Of a stretch of DNA of 64,000 bases, positions 54,507-64,000 are shown in pieces (within the stretch, counting starts at the first letter, position 1; every line of letters begins with the position of its first letter). The translations under genes and the position numbers were made by a program. The notes under the pieces were generated by a model. It had not been told where the DNA came from and did no database searches. It worked only from the letters and a program-made list of their open reading frames with translations. The stretch is from Eledone cirrhosa (taxonomy: Eukaryota), in the NCBI GenBank assembly GCA_964016885.1, contig OZ024741.1:67208001-67272000 (forward strand), read 5' to 3'.

Positions 54507-54680
54507 TTGGCAGTATCGGTAGAGCGTTAGACACCATACTTGCAGCATAGAGTTATGGCCCTTTGTGTTCTGAGTTCAAATCCGCCGAGGTTAACTTTGC
54601 CTTTCACCCTTACGGGGCCGATAAAATAAAGTACCAGTGATGCACTGGTGTAATCGCTGGCCTTGTGCCAAAAGTAGACA
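54507..54680 (+). mobile_element. Main-family SINE, full length
   Basis: A box, B box, core and tail. Confidence 0.9.
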
Positions 54681-56494
54681 TTCTTATTTTCAGTCTATGT
54701 CTATTTTATCCCCTGTATCCCATTAGCCGTATGAAATTCTTCTGCCGCCTTCAGTAGGGAACGTTGACAAATGCAGCATATATCCCGTCGAGTATAGGCT
54801 TAGTAAGGCTTTGCTCCGTTATGGTTCCGTGGAAATTCGATGACAGACATCAAAACAACAGTCAGATGACTAAAAACAGTCAAGATCATTAAAAACAGTC
54901 AAGTCATTAACTGGGTGAAAACTAATTCGTCAACTAATTTGACAATAATTTGTCAACTATTTCCTGAATTTATTGTTCCTTATAATTTTTGGATATAAAC
55001 TGAGGGAGATATGGTTCTATATCTAGGAGGTCAAGTGATAACGTACACGCCTCCAAGATAGCGTATCTCTCTAGAGTATACATCGATTGATACATTTACT
55101 AATAGGCGTTACTCAGTTGTGTTTAATCTTGTGGAATTTTGAAAGAGTTACCGATTCCAATGACTTCCATATTCAAACCTTTCTTAACGGAGATATCAAC
55201 CCCCCAAACCAACGCCGTCAGCAATCTATATACGAATCTATATGTGAGACAATATATTGGAATCCAATGGATATAAATCCATTGAGTATATGATGAAGTG
55301 AATGTGACACTAAACCAAATCTTAACTTCCATATAACTGGTTCCAAGTTCAAATGTGAGTAGTGAAAATAAAAGATGGGAGTTATACACTGACACAGGGA
55401 TCATAAGATCTTTTCAGCTGGAGTTGATCTTTTAGGTTTTGTAACCGCTAGCTGTAATGAGATTACATTTTATGGAACTAGGCACTAATGAAGCCCTTAC
55501 ACTATTTCTCAATCTGCTAGATATGATATCTAAATGTCACTCAAATCACAATATAGAGTCTAATGAAAAACGGACGCATTTAATATTGTAATCTGAGGGC
55601 ACAGCTTAACAATGATACATTAGATAATCGTCGGTGATATGCAAAACACATATGAACATGATGGAATATTTTTAATCTTTTGTTTGTTGATCTAGGGTTA
55701 AGCAGCAGCAACAACAACAACAGTCACTCTTCTAATGCATTACTACATAGAGACATTTTCATTTGCTATTATTAGCATTAAAACCGACTATTCAATCAGT
55801 ATTTACCGCTAGTTTCAACCATAGATCTTCGAATTTTGCAAGAATCATAAACAGTGTCGCCGAATTAAGACACAACTATTTCATTTCTATTCAACCGTAG
55901 GCATCAAGTTAGCAGAAAATTGCTTTTATTCAAGTTGTTTGACATTTAAATCCATTCACATTACGAATAAGATTTATAGAGATTACCGAACATCTAATCT
56001 AGTCAAAGAACTATGTTGTTTCAATGAGAGGGGCATGTCCTCATGAAACGACTGCGAGTAGGTATTATACATACATACATACATACATACATACATACAT
56101 ACATACATACATACATACATACATACATCCACACATACATGCATACATACATACATTTGTAGATATATACATACATGCGTACACACATACATACATACAT
56201 GCATAGATACATATTTAGATATATAAAGCGATTAACTTGAGAAGCATTGGGGAATTTTTAAATCTGAAATGTATGACAATGATAACAGTCGATTGCTATA
56301 AGTCGTAGTTGAGAATATTGGATAAAAGCGCATGTACAAGAGAAAAGCAGAAGGCGATTCGGGTCAGATTTTTCATCTCCACGCGTATTTTACCCGATAT
56401 TCTCAACTATTATTTACAATTATCGACTATTATTATGGTTATTTGCTTTGGGACACACACATTTCCACATTTCGAACTTCTCTCTCTCTCTCTC

Positions 56495-56571
<77 letters not shown>

Positions 56572-57154
56572 GTATGTGTGTGTATGTGTGAGTGTGTGTC
56601 TGTATCTGTGTGCATGTGTGTATATGTTTTAAACTACGCAGTTATCACTTAGGCAGAAAAAAAGACTTTAGTCTGCCTAGTTTTGAGACTTGTTAGACCT
56701 CCAGCAGGGGAAGGAGAAAAAGAAAGAGCGAGATTGAAAGAAAGAGTGTACGTTGATAACTACTCATAGAATATAAGGAATCGAACGTTGTTAAGCAAGT
56801 ACAGCTAATTTGCATAACAATGCATGTACTATCAGTGTGTATTATTGATTTAATGAGGGTGACTGTCATTTTGTTTCCTAATTTTGTGTATGAGTGTACA
56901 TTGACTTTGAACGAATCTCACAACAGACATAGCAGCTGTCGCAAATTATATCAATTAAAGACAGTGTATAAAAACATTGACGGGTTGGTTAGAAAGTATT
57001 CATGTAAAAGAAGAATTTAGCATGTTGCAGTAAATTTGTTGGGAACAGCAACGATCCTGAAAGATGTGGTGAACACAAGGTCTAAAGGTTTGACTAGGTG
57101 GTCAAATAACAAAACCGGTAGAAACATGGAAATACCGAGAAAACTACAAATAAT

Positions 57155-57470
57155 GATTTCTACTATAAGCACAAGGCCAGTAATTGAAGGGGAGGAGAAA
57201 CTCGATTAAATCGACACCAGTGCATTATTGGTGCTAGATTTTATCGACCCCGTAAGGATGAAAGGCAAAGTCAACTTCAGCGGGATTAAAACTTAGAACC
57301 TAAAGGGCCGTAACTAAATGCCGCAAACCATGTTGTCCGACGCCAAACCGCTACTGCCAATCTCACTAATTGCTTCTATTTTTGGCACAAGGTTAGCAAT
57401 TACTCCAGTGCATAACTGGTACTTTATTTTATCGACCCCGTAAGGATGAAAGGCAAAGTTAACCTCAAAG
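57155..57470 (-). mobile_element. Two tandem main-family SINE copies
   Basis: Reverse-complement cores at about 57240-57280 and 57415-57465. Confidence 0.88.
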
Positions 57471-57574
57471 TTAACCTCAGCTCTACAATTAAGGGGCCGT
57501 TTTATATATCCAAAATTGATACTCCTCTTGTCTATCATGACTTACTAGCTCTATACGAACGTTAAAATTGAGTA

Positions 57575-58670
<1,096 letters not shown>

Positions 58671-59740
58671 ATATATATATATATATATCACTTTCAGATA
58701 CTTATCCTCCATAAACTCTTGTTCTTCACTTTCCTTAACTTACCTTCTTTACAGACTTCTCTTTCTGATTTACTTTTATTTTAATTTTTAACTTTATTTT
58801 TACTTCACATCCACCAGTGACCCCCCCCCCCCCCGCTTTTTGATTCACTTACTTTATATTTTCACAATTTTACATATTTTACTTCCCCGTTTTCTTTCAC
58901 TACCTGATATCATTTGTCACTTGCGTTTTCATCTCTAGATATATTCTGTTTTCCCACAGCCGCTTTTATGTATGTTTACTTGCGTATAATTTGTACCCAT
59001 TTATTCATACGGCTGGTTTTTATATTGTATGTATGCGTGTAAGTGTGCATATGTGTGTATACGTGTTTGTATATGTATACGAATGCATTCGTATGTGCGC
59101 ATGTATGTGTATATGTGTGTGTGTATGTGTGTTTTTATATCTATGTTTTTTACATATATATATATATATATATATATGGTCGCGTGCGTGCGTGTGATTA
59201 GATGTACATGTATGTATATATATGTGTATCGTGTGTATGTATGCGCGCTTTTGTATGTATGTATGCATGTATGTGCTTTTGTCTGTACGTATATATATAT
59301 ATATATATTTATACATATATATGTGCGTACGAACCTCTGTATATTTTCTACTTTTCATTTATTTTTTCTAGTGTTACTTTATGATTGATAACCCCTCCCT
59401 CTTACTTTCTCTTTGATTTAATTTTTTTATTCTTATATATTATTTCATTTTCATATTTTATATTTTTATATCTGTATCGACCTTCAGCCTGACACTGCTT
59501 TGACTGATACACTCTCTTCCCTGTATATATCACATACATGTATGTGGTTGAGTGGTTGCACGTGTGTGTATGTACATTTGTAGGTGCATATACACACATT
59601 TATACACATAGCCTTACTATATTTCCTTATTTTATTTTTATATATCTCTTGATTTACTTTTATTTATATATTTGTTTTGCCCGTTAAACTTTTGCCTTTC
59701 TTGAGGAGATTTTTCAAATATTTCACTGTTTTAAATTGTC

Positions 59741-59812
59741 TTGTCTGACGAACGAATGAGGACGTTTCTTGTATTCGTCTTATTCGGGAAACCTCTGATA
59801 ATGAGGTAATTG
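59741..59812 (+). ncRNA. Hammerhead-like fold with intact core but weak stem I
   Basis: CTGACGA-a cgaatgaggacg..cgtcttattcg g-GAA-ACCTC tgataat GAGGT-A; stems II and III pair well, stem I only 2 bp. Confidence 0.55.
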
Positions 59813-59827
59813 TATTGTATTGTTTAT

Positions 59828-59858
<31 letters not shown>

Positions 59859-59933
59859 TAAAATAACAGATTAAAGTTTAAGCAAAGAATCGCTGCTTTC
59901 ACCCTTAACGGGATCTTCTGAAACTAACACGGT

Positions 59934-61024
59934 TTGTACCGTGATGTTGGTCTTTTGACCATGACTAAGTGCGGACCTCGTGCTTGCGACAGGTTCAGAA
60001 AAGAACTCACAGCCTTCTTTAAAGGCTTCAACCTCTCTATACAGGTTGAGGCCAATCTCTCGGTTGTTAATTACCTCGACGTTACCCTCAATTTATTGAA
60101 TGGGTTGTATTACCCGTATAGAAAGCCGAATGATACGCTTAATTACATAAGTAAACATTCCAACCATCCTTCCAGCATAACCTGGTAAGAAACGTTTCGT
60201 TGAGGCTTTCCCGTCTTTCTACTAACGAGCATATTTTCAACGACCATTCCACTTATTACAATGAAGCTCTTGCTCGAAGTGGATTTGTCGATAAGGTAGC
60301 ATATACAGAGTACGAAAATAGACCTACAAGAAATAGATCCCGTCGCATTTGTTGGTATGACCCACCATATAATATGGAAGTAGCCACACCATTAGCTAAG
60401 ATCTTTCTTTCCTTTATTAAGAAGCACTTTCCCCCTACACATAAATATAGTAAAATTTTTAATAGAAATACTATTAAAATTTCTTACTCTACGACTCCTA
60501 ACCTTGCACATAACATCACAGCTTCAAATTTAGCTAAACTACCTAGCCGTAGGAACACGTGCAACCCTGTAGTTAGTACTAACTGTAATTGTAGGAATCG
60601 GGTTGATTGCCCCCTTTCCGGGAAATGCCTCTCTAGTAACATTGTCTACAAATGTAAGGTTGTAACACCCACGTCCCGTAGGGCCTACATAGGGTTAACC
60701 GCCAATAGATTCAAGCAGCGTCTTTACATGCATACCCATTCTTTTCGTTACCCTCTAAGAAGGAATATGACGTCACTTTCAGCTTATATCTGGAGTCTAA
60801 AAGACAACCACACCCAATATAAGTTATACTGGGAGATCCTAGCTAGGGCTAGATCGTATAACGGAAATAAAAGACCATGTGACCTCTGCGCCGCTGAGGC
60901 CCTGGAAATACTCGACGCCACAGACCACATCTTAAACCAAAAATCTGAGGCAATTTCGGCTTGTAAACATAAATTGCACAAAACTTTCCTGTATTACAGC
61001 CCCACGTTATACCCTAACGGATAG
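59934..61024 (+). pseudogene. Penelope-like RT C-terminus + Zn-binding linker + GIY-YIG endonuclease, disrupted near 60188
   Basis: YRDVGL (decayed YRDD), VNYLDVTL, YRKPN, SNHP, CNCRNRVDCPLSGKC, NIVYKC..AYIGLT..FKQR..H, CDLC..E, LN..E..C.H. Confidence 0.92.
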
Positions 61025-61202
61025 TACGATCTATACGTGGATATTTTACGTCTTGATGTGGGAGCTAAGTATATGTTTTGTTTATACCATTACTTATTTG
61101 CATAGCGAACGTTTTCACGAACCAAAGTATCGTCTTCCTGTCTTCCTCCGGTTGCAACGTTTTTTGAAATATCCACTTCTGCGTTTACAGATTGACTTTG
61201 TT

Positions 61203-61253
61203 AGTTTCAGAAGATCCCGTTAAGGGTGAAAGCAGCGATTCTTTGCTTAAACT
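61203..61253 (+). ncRNA. Hammerhead ribozyme-like fold with variant core CAGAAGA in the pLTR; copies at 62996-63046 (+) and 59875-59925 (-)
   Basis: agttt-CAGAAGA-t ccc gttaa ggg t-GAA-AGCA gcgattctt TGCT-T-aaact; all three stems pair. Confidence 0.7.
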
Positions 61254-61356
61254 TTAAACTGTTATTTTAATAAATATTTGCTCTACGGTTCTTATATATT
61301 TGATATATATTTATTCTTATCGAGCCCTCTTAGCGAGTCTTCAAATTGATTATTAT

Positions 61357-61469
<113 letters not shown>

Positions 61470-63292
61470 TATTAAAATTTCTTACTCTACGACTCCTAAC
61501 CTTGCACATAACATCACAGCTTCAAATTTAGCTAAACTATCTAGCCGTAGGAACACGTGCAACCCTGTAGTTAGTACTAACTGTAATTGTAGGAATCGGG
61601 TTGACTGCCCCCTATCCGGGAATGCCTCTCTAGTAACATTGTCTACAAATGTAAGGTTGAAAGACCCACGTCCCGTAGGGCCTACATAGGATTAACCGCC
61701 AATAGATTCAAGCAACGTCTTTACATGCATACCCATTCTTTTGGTTACCCTTTAAGAAGGAATATGACGTCACTTTCAGCTTATATCTGGAGTCTAAAAG
61801 ATAACCACACCCAATATAAGTTACACTGGGAGATCCTAGCTCGGGCTAGATCGTATAACGGAAAAAAAGACCATGTGGCCTCTGCGCCGCTGAGGCCCTA
61901 GATATACTCTACGCCAAAGACCACATCTTAAACAAAAAAAATCTGAGGCAATTTCGGCTTGTAAACATAAATTGCACAAAACTTTCCTGTATTACAGCCT
62001 CACATTATACCCTAACGGATAGTACGGACTATACGCAGATATTTTACGTCTTGATGTGGTAGCTAATTATATGTTATGTTTATACCATTACTTATTTGTA
62101 TAGGTAAGTATATATTACCTGTATGTTTTGTGAAGGTACGTATACTTTCTCGTACGTATATCTGATTGTATATGTTATGGCGTATATATTATATATTCTG
62201 TTACATATGCTTTTGGTTATGTGTGTATACGTGAGTTTTGCGTTTGTGTGAGTATGCGGGTTCGTACGTATGTAGGGTGTGTGTATATGTGTACTTTGTG
62301 TTTTGGTTGACGTATGTCTCCGAACATATGTGTATTTACATGTAGGTATGTGTGTGCGCTTGTTATATACGTATCTATTTATTTATATACGTTTATTTAA
62401 TTATATGTATACACGCGCACACACACATATATATATATATATTTTATATATATTTTTATGTGTACTTGGTGTATACATTCCTATGCGTGCGGGTACAGGC
62501 GTTGCGTGGGTTCTGTAAGTAAGTGCGTACTGGGTTTTTTTTGTGTACGTGCGTGTATTTGTATACCTATGGCGAGTGTTTTCGCGTATGCTTGTGTATG
62601 TACGTTTATGGATGTGTGTATGCATTTATTTAATTTCAGTTACCTCTGTATTTTATTTACTTTATTCTTAACTCTGAAGCCGAGAATCAATAAAGTTTCC
62701 TAGTTAGAATTCTTGTCTACGACTTCAGTTATACCATTTACGTGGTTTTGTCTTTGCGTGCAATTGTTCTCCCCGCTCCACATATGACGTATTTTCTTCG
62801 TTTTTTCCGTTCATTGCCAGATAACGTCTCTATGAACCACCTAATAGAATATTAGTCTACGACTTCTTTTATACCATAAACGTGGTTTTGTCTTTGCCAG
62901 AGAACGTTTCCACGAACCAAAGTATCGTCTTCCTGTCTTCCTCCGGTTGCAACGTTTTTTGAAATATTCACTTCTGCGTTCAGATTGACTTTGTTAGTTT
63001 CAGAAGATCCTGTTAAGGGTGAAAGCAGCGATTCTTTGCTTAAACTTTAATCTGTTATTTTAATAAATATTTGCTCTACGGTTCTTATATATTTGATATA
63101 TATTTATCCTTATCGAGCCCTCTTTGGATTTTAGTCTTCAAATTTATTATTATTACTATATATATATATATATATGTGTCAATCAATTTCTAGTTGATAT
63201 AAAAGGATCGGATCTATTCATTGGAATCTTTGAGCATATTCTACAGTGGATATGGCGCATGTCACTCCGACATGACACCCTTAACTTAATTT

Positions 63293-63352
<60 letters not shown>

Positions 63353-63743
63353 CAAAGAAACACAAATGCACCGAGGAATCAAAGGTAAAATACATGCGCA
63401 TTCGCACACCATTTCCTGCAGACAAACAGAAAGAAGCAAAAAAGGAAAAAACGATAGAATAGAGTCGAAGCAAGCGCTAATAGAAAGGAGACACACGTGA
63501 GAGACAGTTGTCAATAAAGTCACAATGGGTGAGGAAAGGTCTTTGACAATTAATTAATTACTTTATTGGTCGATTAACCAACTAAATGAATGGATTAATA
63601 ATAAAAACCGAGGTGAGACTGTGCAAATGAGTGTTTAATCTGGTAGTATTACTTTCCCAAGGTACATCCACTATGTATATATATATTTATATATATATGT
63701 GTGTATATATATATATATATAAATGTGTGTGTGTGTGTGTATG

Positions 63744-63786
<43 letters not shown>

Positions 63787-63949
63787 ATATATATATATAC
63801 ACACTCACACGCACACATAGAAAATGTAGTGAAATATAGACACAATCATATATATATACGCACACCCACATACACGCAGCCTCCTCCCCACATACGTATA
63901 TATATATATATATATATATATTAAATATATATTATATATATATGTATGT

Positions 63950-64000
<51 letters not shown>

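Noticed and set aside
55087-55404. ORFs in moderately complex sequence that might be a host exon
   Set aside because: No recognisable motif in any frame and no convincing splice context.
60186-60188. In-frame stop in the PLE ORF as possible selenocysteine recoding (reported for some Naiad PLEs)
   Set aside because: The stop is TAA, not TGA, lies at a frame disruption, and the Cys positions are normal TGT/TGC codons.

Overview
AT-rich, microsatellite-saturated eukaryotic (metazoan) non-coding DNA; I recognise no host gene. The SINE family and microsatellite profile suggest a cephalopod/octopus-like mollusc (inference). Nearly all interpretable sequence is mobile DNA. (1) 1-10.2 kb: a (TAA)n-associated cluster with two Tx1/L1-clade LINEs (minus strand) flanking two head-to-tail R4/Dong-type RLE retrotransposons (plus strand). 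(2) Mariner/Tc1, hAT and RTE fragments, putative solo LTRs and more than 15 copies of one tRNA-derived SINE. (3) At least three Penelope-like (RT + GIY-YIG) remnants with inverted/tandem pseudo-LTRs. The main hidden signal, invisible in the ORF track, is about ten type I hammerhead-ribozyme folds from several unrelated sequence families. Most have palindromic stem III and lie 15-150 nt upstream of a (TA)n tract. Several occur with no recognisable coding sequence, and one family carries a non-canonical CAGAAGA core in all three copies. Together with repeated fold-back and inverted-duplication structures, this suggests a (TA)n-targeting, ribozyme-bearing Penelope-like/retrozyme-like system. All folds were paired by eye and none has been tested.
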